A stretch of DNA of 64,000 nt from Minisyncoccota bacterium (GCA_023229865.1 JALNYL010000002.1:27577-91576); one strand, 5' to 3'. Numbered from the stretch's first letter, positions 1 to 9,458 are shown. Notes: generated by a model from the sequence alone, not told the origin. Numbers and translations are program-made.

Positions 1-139
1 TGACACGTTTCTGTTTGGATTATCAGTTTTAGTGCTCGGCGACCCGAAGAAAACCCCGAATTTACAGACTTATATGCCCTGAGCGCGAGCTCTTGGGCAC
101 CCCCCCCTCCCAGCATTTCAAGGCTTTCCGAGTTAATTT

Positions 140-1672
140 ATGGACATTAATATTGCACTCACGCTTGGTGGCGTGATGGCAATTCTGGTCGGTGGAGCAC
201 TCGGTTACCTTTTGCGTTGGTTCATTTCGGTGAGCAAACGCGATTCAATCGAGATCGAAGTAAAGCAAGTTCTTCTTTCTGCAAAGGAAGAAGCGCAGAA
301 AATTATTGAGGAAGCCGACCGAAGGGCCGAAGTGTATGGTCGCGAACTTCACGAAGAAGACCGCGAACAAACCGAGCGCTTCAAAAAGATGGAGGAGCGC
401 CTCGTCAAAAAAGAAGAATTTCTTGATAGACGACAACTCGACATCGACAGCGAAGCAACACATATCAAAGAAAAAGCAGAGGAGCTCAAAGCTATTCGCG
501 AAAAAATAACCAAGGAAAAAGAATTGGCTCAAAGCGAGCTTGAGCGCATCGCGCACCTCGAGCGAGGGGAAGCAAAAGAGGAGCTCATCAAACGTGCAGA
601 GAAAACATACGAGGAAGACCTTCTTGCCCGCATGAAGAAGATTGAAGCTGACGGAGAAGAACGTCTTGCACGCACTGCGCGCGAGATTCTTGCAACATCG
701 ATTCAACGCCTCGCCACATCAACAGCAGCAGAAATGATGGCGACATCAGTCCCTATTGCGTCTGATGAAATCAAAGGAAAGATTATTGGAAAAGAAGGCC
801 GCAACATTCGCGCATTTGAACGCGTTGCGGGAGTTGAAGTTATTGTGGACGACACACCTGGCTCAATTCTCATTTCATCATTCGACCCAATCCGTCGTCA
901 AATTGCGCGCGTTGCCCTTGAGGCACTTATTGAAGACGGGCGCATCCAACCTGCAAAGATCGAGGAAGCGGTAGAAAAGGCACGTGAGGATATCGCAAAG
1001 ATTACCAAAGAGAAAGGCGAGCAAGCAGCGTATGAATGTGGTGTCTTCAATCTCGACCCACGCATCATCGCTATCCTTGGACGTCTTCATTTCCGCACAA
1101 GTTATGGGCAAAACGTCCTCCAACACTCGATAGAGATGGCTCACATTGCGGGGATGATTGCTGAAGAAATCGGCGCAAATGTTCCCGTCGCAAAGGCAGG
1201 TGCCCTCCTTCATGACCTCGGAAAGGCAGTCGATCACGAAGTTCAGGGAACTCACGTCGAGATCGGCCGCAAGATTCTTCAGAAGTTCGACACTGATCCA
1301 CGCATTATTCAAGCAATGCAGTCACATCACGAGGAATATCCTTATGAGACGCTCGAATCAATCATCGTACAGACTGCGGACGCAATTTCTGGTGGCCGCC
1401 CTGGGGCACGTCGCGACTCAGCCGAGAACTACATCAAGCGCCTCGAGGATCTCGAGAATATCGCAAAATCCTTCCCTGCCGTCGAAAAAACCTATGCAAT
1501 TCAAGCCGGAAGAGAACTTCGTGTGTTTGTGAAGCCAGAAGAAATCACAGACATTGAAGCAAAGACTCTCGCCCGAGAAATCGCACTCCGTGTAGAAAAA
1601 GAATTGAAATATCCAGGAGAAATCAGAGTGGCAGTAATCCGCGAATCTCGCGCAATCGAATACGCACGATAG
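140..1672 (+). CDS. rny: Ribonuclease Y
   Basis: N-terminal TM, coiled coil, KH domain (KGKIIGKEGRNIR) and HD domain (LLHDLGK). Confidence 0.97.
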   Translation: MDINIALTLGGVMAILVGGALGYLLRWFISVSKRDSIEIEVKQVLLSAKEEAQKIIEEADRRAEVYGRELHEEDREQTERFKKMEERLVKKEEFLDRRQLDIDSEATHIKEKAEELKAIREKITKEKELAQSELERIAHLERGEAKEELIKRAEKTYEEDLLARMKKIEADGEERLARTAREILATSIQRLATSTAAEMMATSVPIASDEIKGKIIGKEGRNIRAFERVAGVEVIVDDTPGSILISSFDPIRRQIARVALEALIEDGRIQPAKIEEAVEKAREDIAKITKEKGEQAAYECGVFNLDPRIIAILGRLHFRTSYGQNVLQHSIEMAHIAGMIAEEIGANVPVAKAGALLHDLGKAVDHEVQGTHVEIGRKILQKFDTDPRIIQAMQSHHEEYPYETLESIIVQTADAISGGRPGARRDSAENYIKRLEDLENIAKSFPAVEKTYAIQAGRELRVFVKPEEITDIEAKTLAREIALRVEKELKYPGEIRVAVIRESRAIEYAR

Positions 1673-1697
1673 TTCCGCGCCACACAATTAGACCGAG

Positions 1698-1736
1698 CAC
1701 AAGGGGATTCAGTGGGCAACCACCGAATCCCCTTGT
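1698..1736 (+). terminator. Hairpin after rny
   Basis: acaaggggattc...gaatccccttgt inverted repeat. Confidence 0.5.
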
Positions 1737-1853
1737 ATCTATTGCATAAAAAAACTCTGGGGAGTATACTTATTTGCAAGGGGGCTCGGGTGAGTCGCTC
1801 TCACCGCAGAACTCGCGTTTTAGTATTAAAAGTTAACGTTAACAAAAATAATT

Positions 1854-2129
1854 ATGAACAAAGCAGCTATCGCAGAAATCATCCACGAGAAAATGGGTGG
1901 AACAAAAGTATCAGCAGAGCAGACAGTTGAGGCTATCCTCGATGGAATGATTGCAACTCTTAAGAAGGGTGGCGAAGTTTCAATCGCAGGCCTCGGTATC
2001 TTCTCAGTAAAGCCACGCGCAGCACGTACAGCTCGCAACCCAAAGACTGGTGAGACCATTCAGGTAAAGGCGACAAAGGTTCCAAAGTTCCGCGCCGCAA
2101 AGGCCCTCAAGGACGCTGTAGCAAAGTAA
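1854..2129 (+). CDS. hup: HU family DNA-binding protein
   Basis: MNKA..., GLGIFSVKPRAARTARNPKTGE, VPKFRAAKALKDAV. Confidence 0.96.
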   Translation: MNKAAIAEIIHEKMGGTKVSAEQTVEAILDGMIATLKKGGEVSIAGLGIFSVKPRAARTARNPKTGETIQVKATKVPKFRAAKALKDAVAK

Positions 2130-2148
2130 TAATTTACTTACTCTAAAT

Positions 2149-2180
2149 AAAAAACGCGCTCGGTACCGAGCGCGTTTTTT
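2149..2180 (+). terminator. Intrinsic terminator (perfect palindrome)
   Basis: aaaaaacgcgctcggtaccgagcgcgtttttt. Confidence 0.85.
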
Positions 2181-2243
2181 ATTGCTTTGCAAACGACTCG
2201 CGCAAATGATATTCTCTCCTTAGACAGACCCAAGGAGATTATT

Positions 2244-2738
2244 GTGGAAAAATATCTCGTACCAAAAAGACTAACTCTTGCGAGTGTAACAAAATGTTTG
2301 AAGACCTATGAGGTTGATCACCTATTTATTCGACTCATGGGATCGAAGGGCGGCACGGTCAAAGCTGATGAGCGTCTCCAGGGGAAAAAACTTGTAGTGC
2401 TTCACAACAAATCAACAATTCGTTTCATTGTTAACAAAAAAGAAGTGTGCAGACTTCCTCTCAAAGAATTTCTTGAAGACATCGAGGACAGGCAGGGCCT
2501 TCAAGTTGCATACGAAAGATTTGACCGCAACAATAATATGGTTTTTCTCCCCACGGGAGTTGATCCTTACGACCCGAACCTTCTTGAACCTCGTCGTTCA
2601 ATATTGCGACTCGCCATTGATTGGCACTTGGTAGAAATTTATTTTAAAGGAAGAGTTCATCTTAAGTTTCACTCATGGTGGATCGAGCCTCACTTCGGCC
2701 TTTGGGCGATTATGGCTCCGGAAGAAATATCGAATTAG
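2244..2738 (+). CDS. Hypothetical protein (ORFan-like)
   Basis: Open frame; GTG start after AAGGAG; own TTGCAA/TATTCT promoter and downstream hairpin. Confidence 0.7.
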   Translation: MEKYLVPKRLTLASVTKCLKTYEVDHLFIRLMGSKGGTVKADERLQGKKLVVLHNKSTIRFIVNKKEVCRLPLKEFLEDIEDRQGLQVAYERFDRNNNMVFLPTGVDPYDPNLLEPRRSILRLAIDWHLVEIYFKGRVHLKFHSWWIEPHFGLWAIMAPEEISN

Positions 2739-2873
2739 CATTTCCCCTCGAGAATATTATTCTCGAGGGGAGTTTTTATATGGGGCTCCAAAATGTCTGC
2801 TCGTCTTGCTTTTTCACAGAAACAAAGTAGTATCAATCGTGGGTTCTTTACTTCACAAAACAAGGAGAGGAAA

Positions 2874-3395
2874 ATGCTCAACACTCTGAAAGTCCTCTGG
2901 AATAAGTTATTTCCAGCAGATCCAGCTGACTTAACTGTCTTACAGAAATCACTTCCAAAAACAAAATCTCGCGTTCGGGGATTCACTATCGAAATACAAC
3001 GTGAGGATGGCTGCGCGTTGCGGTCTACTCAAGGAGACGCGCTTGTTGTTGATGGATATTTTAAGGTGATTGTTAAATATGACGGCTCAAACCCTCTTTA
3101 CCCCAACGAGAAACAAGATTCGAGGGTTGTTGCCTTGATGACAAATTCTCTGCATGACAAATGCGCGGGTTGGGCCAACGGGCTGTTCTACTCCCCTCGA
3201 GGAACAAAGTTTGCCTCAGTGGTGATTGAGGAAGAATACAGAGACGGAAGTGGGTTTGTTGATTGGCTTGGCAGTGGTCCGCCACCACGGATTACCCCTG
3301 GATACATGCTTTACGTGTGGGTCTACGACAAACACAAAGAGCGTCTATTCGGGTGTGGGATAGTGTCTCGTCCCGCAGAAAAGAAAAATATGTAA
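2874..3395 (+). CDS. Hypothetical protein (ORFan-like)
   Basis: ATG after AAGGAGAGG; promoter-like TTGCTT/TAGTAT; terminator at 3403-3426. Confidence 0.7.
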   Translation: MLNTLKVLWNKLFPADPADLTVLQKSLPKTKSRVRGFTIEIQREDGCALRSTQGDALVVDGYFKVIVKYDGSNPLYPNEKQDSRVVALMTNSLHDKCAGWANGLFYSPRGTKFASVVIEEEYRDGSGFVDWLGSGPPPRITPGYMLYVWVYDKHKERLFGCGIVSRPAEKKNM

Positions 3396-3432
3396 TGTTT
3401 TTAAAAGCTCCGCACGCGGAGCTTTTTCTTTT

Positions 3433-3628
3433 TGGTGCGGGTACGGCTCTCGGTCACGAGTTACTAAGCGACTTCGTCGAGTACGACTCCCTCGCTAAGT
3501 ACTCTCGACCCCGGCTCGCTGACAAGCCCTCACTTCGTTCGTCTTGTGTACCAGCTCCGCCTTTCGATTCTCCGTACCCGCACAAAATGCAAAGCCGCCA
3601 AAACAAAAGTTTTGGCGGCTGCATTTTG
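3433..3628. repeat. tRNA-Gly(TCC)-associated structured element A
   Basis: Inverted copy of tRNA 3' end 3563-3591 pairs with 3620-3648; distal direct copy with CCA at 3433-3446; core shared with 9459-9708. Confidence 0.85.
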
Positions 3629-3699
3629 TGCGGGTACGGAGAATCGAACTCCGGTATACTGCTTGGAAGGCAGTCATTCTACCATTAAACTATACCCGC
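3629..3699 (-). tRNA. tRNA-Gly (TCC)
   Basis: GCGGGTA acceptor, ACTGC-CTTCCAA-GCAGT anticodon arm, GTTCGATTC T-loop; no encoded CCA. Confidence 0.96.
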
Positions 3700-3884
3700 A
3701 AGCGAGTGACAAAATGAAAAAGTTTACTTGTTCATTTTTCGCGAGCGCCGCGGGTATAAGTACTCTTATACCCGCAAACCTCACTCATATACCCGCGGCA
3801 CCTATTCAATACCTGCCTTTCAGCAAGTAACGACACAATAGCAGAAATCGTCCAATTTCGCAATTCCCAAAAGGCACTAATCCC

Positions 3885-4349
3885 CTAGATCAGCGAACGC
3901 ACCTTTGCCACGATTTCATCAAGCGTAAAATTTGCCTTGATCATAAAATCCGTTGCCCCAAGAGACTTTGCCTTCTCAAGGTCTTCTGCTTGTCCAAGAT
4001 TACTCAAGATAACAACGGGGATATCTGCCGTTTTTGGGTTCGACTTAATACGATGCAAAATCTCAAAGCCATCAACCCCAGGGAGAATAAGGTCACAGAG
4101 AATAATATTTGGCTTGCGATCCTCAAGAACAATAAAAGCCGACTGCGCATCCACGGCATTTTGCACATCAAAACCCTCTTTTGCAATCTTTTTAACAAGA
4201 AGTTCTTTCAAAAACTTGTCATCTTCAATAACAAGTACGAACGGCTTATTTTCTGGAGTTGCCGCTGTTTCTGGGGCAGGAGAAGCAACCGGAGCAGGAT
4301 TTGCTACAGGATTTACTGGTTCTGGGGTTGTTGTTGCTGTTTCTTCCAT
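3885..4349 (-). CDS. Single-domain response regulator with Pro/Ala/Thr-rich N-terminal extension
   Basis: VLVIEDD, ILCDLILPGVDG, VVILSN receiver motifs. Confidence 0.93.
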   Translation of the reverse strand: MEETATTTPEPVNPVANPAPVASPAPETAATPENKPFVLVIEDDKFLKELLVKKIAKEGFDVQNAVDAQSAFIVLEDRKPNIILCDLILPGVDGFEILHRIKSNPKTADIPVVILSNLGQAEDLEKAKSLGATDFMIKANFTLDEIVAKVRSLI

Positions 4350-4385
4350 GAGTTTATTTATTCTAGTACAAAACGACCATCTCTC

Positions 4386-6284
4386 CTAGGCTGTGGGCAC
4401 TTGGGAAGCAGGAGCCTCTTCTTGCTTTGGAAGGAGCTCTGGATTTGTAGGAATTACCACCGCCATTGTCGTACCCTTCCCTTCTTCAGAATCAACCCAG
4501 AGCTGTCCACCGTGGCGCACAATGATATTCTTCACAATGAAGAGACCGAGCCCTGAACCATCTGTCTGCAAGTGAATCACGTTCGCCGCGCGGAAGAATT
4601 TCGAGAAGAGTTTTGGAATCTCTGCTTTAGGAATACCGACACCCGTGTCAGAAACTTTCACCTCCACATAATCCCCTTGCCTCTCGACAACAATAGTCAC
4701 CTTACCACTAGGGAGCGTATACTTGATCGCATTGTCCACAATATTTTGAAGTGCGATAAGGAGTTTATCTTTATCAAAAACGAAATCAGGGATTGTTCCT
4801 GCGCGATTTTCAAAACGCACTTCGATATTGCGCTCACGTGAAGGGAGCACGGTGTTCTCAACAAGCGTACTCAAGAGTTTCATAAAATCATTCGTCTCGA
4901 GCTTGTAACCATACTTGTCGTTTTCAATGCGTGACACATTAAGAAGGTCATCAACGAGTTGTGACATCTTCACCCCTGTCTCATACCCACGCGTGAGCAT
5001 CCCCTTCTGCTCTTCAGTCACCTCACCGAGGTCGCCATCAAGAAGGAGCTTGAGCACCCATTTGATTCCCGAGAGCGGAGTACGGAGTTGGTGCGCCGCC
5101 ACAGAAATAAAATCAGATTTCATTTTGTCGAGCTCACGCAAGTTTGCGACCATGGAGTTAAAGACTTCACCGAAGCGACCAATCTCATCGTTCGAATGAT
5201 GTTCAACTTTCTGATTCAAATCTCCATCAGCAATCTTGCGCGCAACGAGTGAGTAACGACGAATAGGCCCCACGACTTCACGCTCAAGGATAATAGCAAG
5301 CACAACAGCGAGCACTGCAGTAAACACAATCCCTACACCAAACATACGAAGACGAAGTTCTCCCACACGTGACTCGTACGCATCCTTTGCGATATGGATT
5401 TCGATAAGGCCAATATTTTTTACAACGCCAGTTTTTTCATCGCGTGAAGGAATAGGTACCACGCGCATAATGATAGTCTTGCCATTTTCTACGCGCTCGA
5501 TTTCTCCAAAAGGATTCTTCCCTGCAAGCACATCTTCACGAACCTTCTTGTATTCAATAGGGTCATTAACAAATTTCTCCTTCCCGTCTCCCGTGTTTGC
5601 GATAACCGAAAGCTGACTATCAAAAACAACAAAGGCGTCAAAGAAATAAAAATGGGTAACATTATCAGTGATTTTCTGAAGCGCGGCAAAATCTTCATTT
5701 CTTGTCACAATGATCGCGCGCGCACTCTGCTCAACACTTGCAACGATAACCTGCAAAAGTTTTTCTGCCTCAGCTATGTCTGCGGCACTCTTTGAGCGCG
5801 TAGTGACTTCCACCTCAATAATATTAATAAGTTTTGATTGCTGATCGTTTGCGTCGATAAAGATAGGAATGTAACGCTCGAGGTCATAGTAATTTCCCGC
5901 GTCATCTTTTTTTGTAAAAGACACGCGCTTCGTCTTAATCTCTTCAATAGAAGCGAGGTCAGTCTGACTTATCCCCTGCCCAATGAGTGAATGATTTGTC
6001 GCTGCAATATATTTATTATCAACATCACTTACCGTCACATACTCCACGCCAGGGATCCTTCCTATTTCATCGACGATGTCTTGCAAGTATGTACTCTGTG
6101 CCTGAATCTGCGTAAACATACGCTCGATGTCCAATCGCAAAATATCGGTCACCGCATCTGCGTCGTTGACCACCTGGCTTTTAAGGTTCCTCCCTTCAAT
6201 GCTTATGATAATCCAAAAGGCAATCGTGAGCGTAACAGCAATCACAGCCACAAGCACAAGATTTATCTTTGTACCGAGTTTCAT
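4386..6284 (-). CDS. Membrane sensor histidine kinase (two TMs, HAMP, HisKA, HATPase)
   Basis: AAHQLRTPL H-box, NIVDNAIKY, DTGVGI, GSGLGL. Confidence 0.95.
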   Translation of the reverse strand: MKLGTKINLVLVAVIAVTLTIAFWIIISIEGRNLKSQVVNDADAVTDILRLDIERMFTQIQAQSTYLQDIVDEIGRIPGVEYVTVSDVDNKYIAATNHSLIGQGISQTDLASIEEIKTKRVSFTKKDDAGNYYDLERYIPIFIDANDQQSKLINIIEVEVTTRSKSAADIAEAEKLLQVIVASVEQSARAIIVTRNEDFAALQKITDNVTHFYFFDAFVVFDSQLSVIANTGDGKEKFVNDPIEYKKVREDVLAGKNPFGEIERVENGKTIIMRVVPIPSRDEKTGVVKNIGLIEIHIAKDAYESRVGELRLRMFGVGIVFTAVLAVVLAIILEREVVGPIRRYSLVARKIADGDLNQKVEHHSNDEIGRFGEVFNSMVANLRELDKMKSDFISVAAHQLRTPLSGIKWVLKLLLDGDLGEVTEEQKGMLTRGYETGVKMSQLVDDLLNVSRIENDKYGYKLETNDFMKLLSTLVENTVLPSRERNIEVRFENRAGTIPDFVFDKDKLLIALQNIVDNAIKYTLPSGKVTIVVERQGDYVEVKVSDTGVGIPKAEIPKLFSKFFRAANVIHLQTDGSGLGLFIVKNIIVRHGGQLWVDSEEGKGTTMAVVIPTNPELLPKQEEAPASQVPTA

Positions 6285-6380
6285 TTCCTCTTAATTATAC
6301 ACCATTTGCATCCGTAAGGAGAATTGAAAATGTGGAAAACAAAAGGGCGGTCGCTTTGCGACCGCCCTAACTTCCAAACT

Positions 6381-6647
6381 TCAGAAATCCAATAGTTTCA
6401 ACGCGAGCTCCTTTGCTCGGTATGCGATAGCTTGTTCGGAGAGCCCGAGGTCCAAAAGTCTTCGATGAGCCTCATCAACACTCGAGGCAATAGAACTTCT
6501 TTCCTCATCAGAATACAGTTTGCCAACCCCCGAGTATTCATCAGCAAGGAGTAAAGCCTTCCCGCGGACATACGCACGGAGCACCTCTTCCCTCTTCCCC
6601 TCTCGAGAAGCTGAGCGCTTCCGAGAACCACCATTGTGATAAGTCAT
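6381..6647 (-). CDS. Small hypothetical protein
   Basis: ATG after GGGAGG; TTGACT promoter element upstream; hairpin at 6340-6368. Confidence 0.6.
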   Translation of the reverse strand: MTYHNGGSRKRSASREGKREEVLRAYVRGKALLLADEYSGVGKLYSDEERSSIASSVDEAHRRLLDLGLSEQAIAYRAKELALKLLDF

Positions 6648-6805
6648 ACAAACCTCCCACGAGATATATTGAGAAGAATTTCCTGTTTCTTCTTCAAAAC
6701 TAACTCTATTCTCTCCGAAAGTCAACAAAATGTTACATGTGAAACACCGCCCAAAAGTACCAGTGTTCCTGAATTAGTAAATTCACGTCTTGGGCGCAGT
6801 GAAAC

Positions 6806-7852
6806 CTAGTTAATCTCAATATCTATATGGCGAACCGCAGGAATCTCCTGTTTAATGCGCTCTTCGAGCTCGTCAATACGTGTTCCGATCACGCGTGGCA
6901 CACGGTCAGTGTATTCAACACAAAAACGCACAAATTCCTGATAATCCTCTTTTACCGTTTCATAATCCTCTTTAAGCATCACGCCGTTTGAAACTTCCTT
7001 AAAAAGTGCCGTTCCATTGACCTCCACTTCACATTTTGCGCGATATTTCCCGAGTTCAACGGTCGCCGATTTAAAGTCATACACACGCTCAATCATGGGA
7101 TCTGCGACAAGAATCTCAATAATGCGCTCTTTAATTTCCTCCGGAATAGACTTTTCAACCAAAAAACGCTTATTTTTCACAATAAGAACCACAGCAACCC
7201 ACGCAAGGAGGGCACCAATAACGATAGAACCGACCGAGTCCCAGAGAGGATTTCCTGTCAAATACGAAAGTCCGACGGATACCGCAGCAAGAAAGACACC
7301 AAGAACAGCGACTCCATCTTCGTAAACCACCGCAAGTACCGTAGGATCCCCTTCTTCAAGCATCTCAAAAAACGTTTCATCCTCCCCTTTTTTACTCCAC
7401 AACTCACGAAAAGCAATAGAAAATGTGAAAAATTCAACAACAAACGATACGCCGAGGATCAAAAAGATAACCGGCTCAAAATCAAGATGATTTGGGTGTA
7501 AAAGCGTTGAAATACCATGATAGATGGTTACTCCCGCACCAACGAAGAACACGCCACAAGCTGAAATAAGGGCCCAAAAGAAGCGTTCTAGTCCATACCC
7601 ATAAGAAGATGCCTCGTCGGGAGCTCGTCGACTTTTTACAATACCAACAAGGAGGAGGGATTGATTTGCCGTGTCTGCAAGACTGTGAATCGCCTCAGAA
7701 AAGAGCGAGCTTGACCCAGAAACCATAAAACCGAAGGCTTTTAGGAGGGTTATAGTGAAATTACCAACGAGCGCCGCAATAACAGAAACAAAGCCGGGCT
7801 CTCTTTTGTAGCCAATTAGCTTAATTTCATTAGGTTTTTCGATGTTACTCAT
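6806..7852 (-). CDS. Cation diffusion facilitator (CDF) family transporter, ZnT9-like
   Basis: SEAIHSLADTANQ, YGYGLERFFW, VVYEDG; start trimmed to avoid the tRNA. Confidence 0.92.
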   Translation of the reverse strand: MSNIEKPNEIKLIGYKREPGFVSVIAALVGNFTITLLKAFGFMVSGSSSLFSEAIHSLADTANQSLLLVGIVKSRRAPDEASSYGYGLERFFWALISACGVFFVGAGVTIYHGISTLLHPNHLDFEPVIFLILGVSFVVEFFTFSIAFRELWSKKGEDETFFEMLEEGDPTVLAVVYEDGVAVLGVFLAAVSVGLSYLTGNPLWDSVGSIVIGALLAWVAVVLIVKNKRFLVEKSIPEEIKERIIEILVADPMIERVYDFKSATVELGKYRAKCEVEVNGTALFKEVSNGVMLKEDYETVKEDYQEFVRFCVEYTDRVPRVIGTRIDELEERIKQEIPAVRHIDIEIN

Positions 7853-7887
7853 GAAACGCCCATACGGGCAGTGGGTCAAAATCCTTG

Positions 7888-7958
7888 TCGGGGTGCCGAG
7901 AATCGAACTCGGCCTATCTGCTCCCAAAGCAGACGTACTACCGATATACTACACCCCG
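7888..7958 (-). tRNA. tRNA-Pro (TGG)
   Basis: CGGGGTG acceptor, TCTGC-TTTGGGA-GCAGA, GTTCGATTC. Confidence 0.96.
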
Positions 7959-8065
7959 ACAAGAACTTCGACGCGTCCAAGACGTGAATTTGTTAATTCA
8001 GAAACTCAGGAGAATCATAGCACATATATCTTATTTTGCGAAGCCCAAACGAACAAAAGCGTATA

Positions 8066-8500
8066 TTAAAGCACAATATCCTCAATAAATTTAACTTTTG
8101 CTTGCTTGTTTTTAGTGTCAAGTCGCACCGTAATTGCGTCAAACTTCCATTCCGGCTCCCCTTTTGGGTATTTTTCAATTAAATATACCTGGATCGTCCG
8201 CGCTAACCTTTTCAACTTATATTCATGAATATTGTCCTCAGGGCGATAATTATCTGTTACATATGGAACACGTCCCTCCAAGCTATGAGAATCTAGCCCA
8301 ATTTCCAGCGATGTTTCATGTGTAACAGTTTTTACCTCAATAAAATGAAGGATTTTGCCTTTTTCGGCAATAATATCAATTTCCCCATATTTTTTACGAT
8401 AATTTAGGCATTTTATCGAAAAACCCTTATTTTCTAAGTATTTTTTGGCAATATCCTCACCAAGGCGCCCAATTTTCTGTTTTTGTGTGGGTTCTACCAT
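8066..8500 (-). CDS. YraN family (UPF0102) putative nuclease
   Basis: GRLGEDIA..YLE.KG, NYRKKYGEIDIIA, FIEVK, KFDAI. Confidence 0.92.
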   Translation of the reverse strand: MVEPTQKQKIGRLGEDIAKKYLENKGFSIKCLNYRKKYGEIDIIAEKGKILHFIEVKTVTHETSLEIGLDSHSLEGRVPYVTDNYRPEDNIHEYKLKRLARTIQVYLIEKYPKGEPEWKFDAITVRLDTKNKQAKVKFIEDIVL

Positions 8501-8711
8501 TTTCAGCCCAATTATAGCAGGTTAGTCAGTATTTGTTTCATGAGTAACATAAATATGAGTCCAAAATTCTCTCACGTGAAACACTTTTGGCCTATTTTCT
8601 AGCGTTTTTCCCCACTTTTCCCAAAAAACCTATATTTATCAACGATAAAACACGAATCCAAGTCTTGTCTTTTATCGTTTTGGACATAAAATACGGACAA
8701 AATTGTGTCCT

Positions 8712-8741
8712 TTATCAACACTATCCACATAGTTATCCACA
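8712..8741 (+). promoter_or_regulatory. Three tandem DnaA-box-like 9-mers
   Basis: TTATCAACA, CTATCCACA, TTATCCACA. Confidence 0.55.
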
Positions 8742-8909
8742 GTTTTTTGGAATTTTCCCCATATTTTGCCTATTTTCGCCGTTGACACCATGTGTCAAAA
8801 CAGTGCTTTGTGCTAAAAAATGTCCTTTACAAAAGAAATAGGTGTCCTTTATGTGACCCAGAAAAGAAAAAGCCGAGGAGTCCTCGGCTTTTAATGCTGT
8901 ATTGATTAC

Positions 8910-9320
8910 TTATTTTGTTGGAAAAACTTGCTTGGAAGGGAAACCTTCGTGATGATCCCAGACTGTAGCAAAAATTTCACTCTTGTTCACCCCTTCGTTA
9001 TCAATCATTTGGACGATCTGATCTCGCTGATTATGATTGTAGATGTATATCTCTTCACTACACATTGGACAAATCAAATGACAAACCCTTGTATCGTTCA
9101 TGCTGTGGTCGCCACCATCGCTACAGCCATGAGGCCTGTTGTATCGATGCTCTTGAACAAAACCCCAGTTCTTGAGCTGACACGCCGCATGGCACGAAGG
9201 ACAGCCAATAACTCTTTTTCTTATAACGGCAACTTTGCCTTCGTGGTTTTTTGCTTTAAACAACTCGAAGGCTCGAGTTTCGCGTTCGAGTTCGCGATTC
9301 AACTTCTGGAGCTTATTCAT
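8910..9320 (-). CDS. Hypothetical protein with two CxxC pairs (Zn ribbon-like)
   Basis: CPSC and CPMC; AGGAGG SD; terminator at 8867-8891. Confidence 0.7.
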   Translation of the reverse strand: MNKLQKLNRELERETRAFELFKAKNHEGKVAVIRKRVIGCPSCHAACQLKNWGFVQEHRYNRPHGCSDGGDHSMNDTRVCHLICPMCSEEIYIYNHNQRDQIVQMIDNEGVNKSEIFATVWDHHEGFPSKQVFPTK

Positions 9321-9458
9321 TTCTGCCTCCTCTGAAATATTAATGGACGTGACCTAAGTCAAAATTACACCAAAGGGGAGGGGAAGTAAAGAGGGGGTGG
9401 ATGTCTAAGAGAAAACAGGGTAACAACATTGCTTTCACAATGTTGTTACCCTGTTCTA

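Larger units (their letters stand above)
6766..8004. repeat. 32-bp imperfect inverted repeats (6766-6797 and 7973-8004) bracketing the CDF gene and tRNA-Pro
   Basis: ttcctgaattagtaaattcacgtcttgggcgc versus gcgtccaagacgtgaatttgttaattcagaaa (28/32 complementary). Confidence 0.75.

Noticed and set aside
3437-3582. Plus-strand tRNA-like gene or intron-containing tRNA (GCGGGTA...TTCGATT...TACCCGCA)
   Set aside because: The T-stem 5' strand does not pair and there is no D or anticodon arm; it is explained by the mirrored copies
3263-3830. Short ORFs over the tRNA-Gly element (and the similar ORFs at 9574-9829 and 10008-10274)
   Set aside because: They overlap tRNAs and palindromic repeats; their similarity reflects the DNA repeat, not protein
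7853-7927. N-terminal extension of the CDF ORF given in the track
   Set aside because: Overlaps tRNA-Pro; the ATG at 7852 is more plausible
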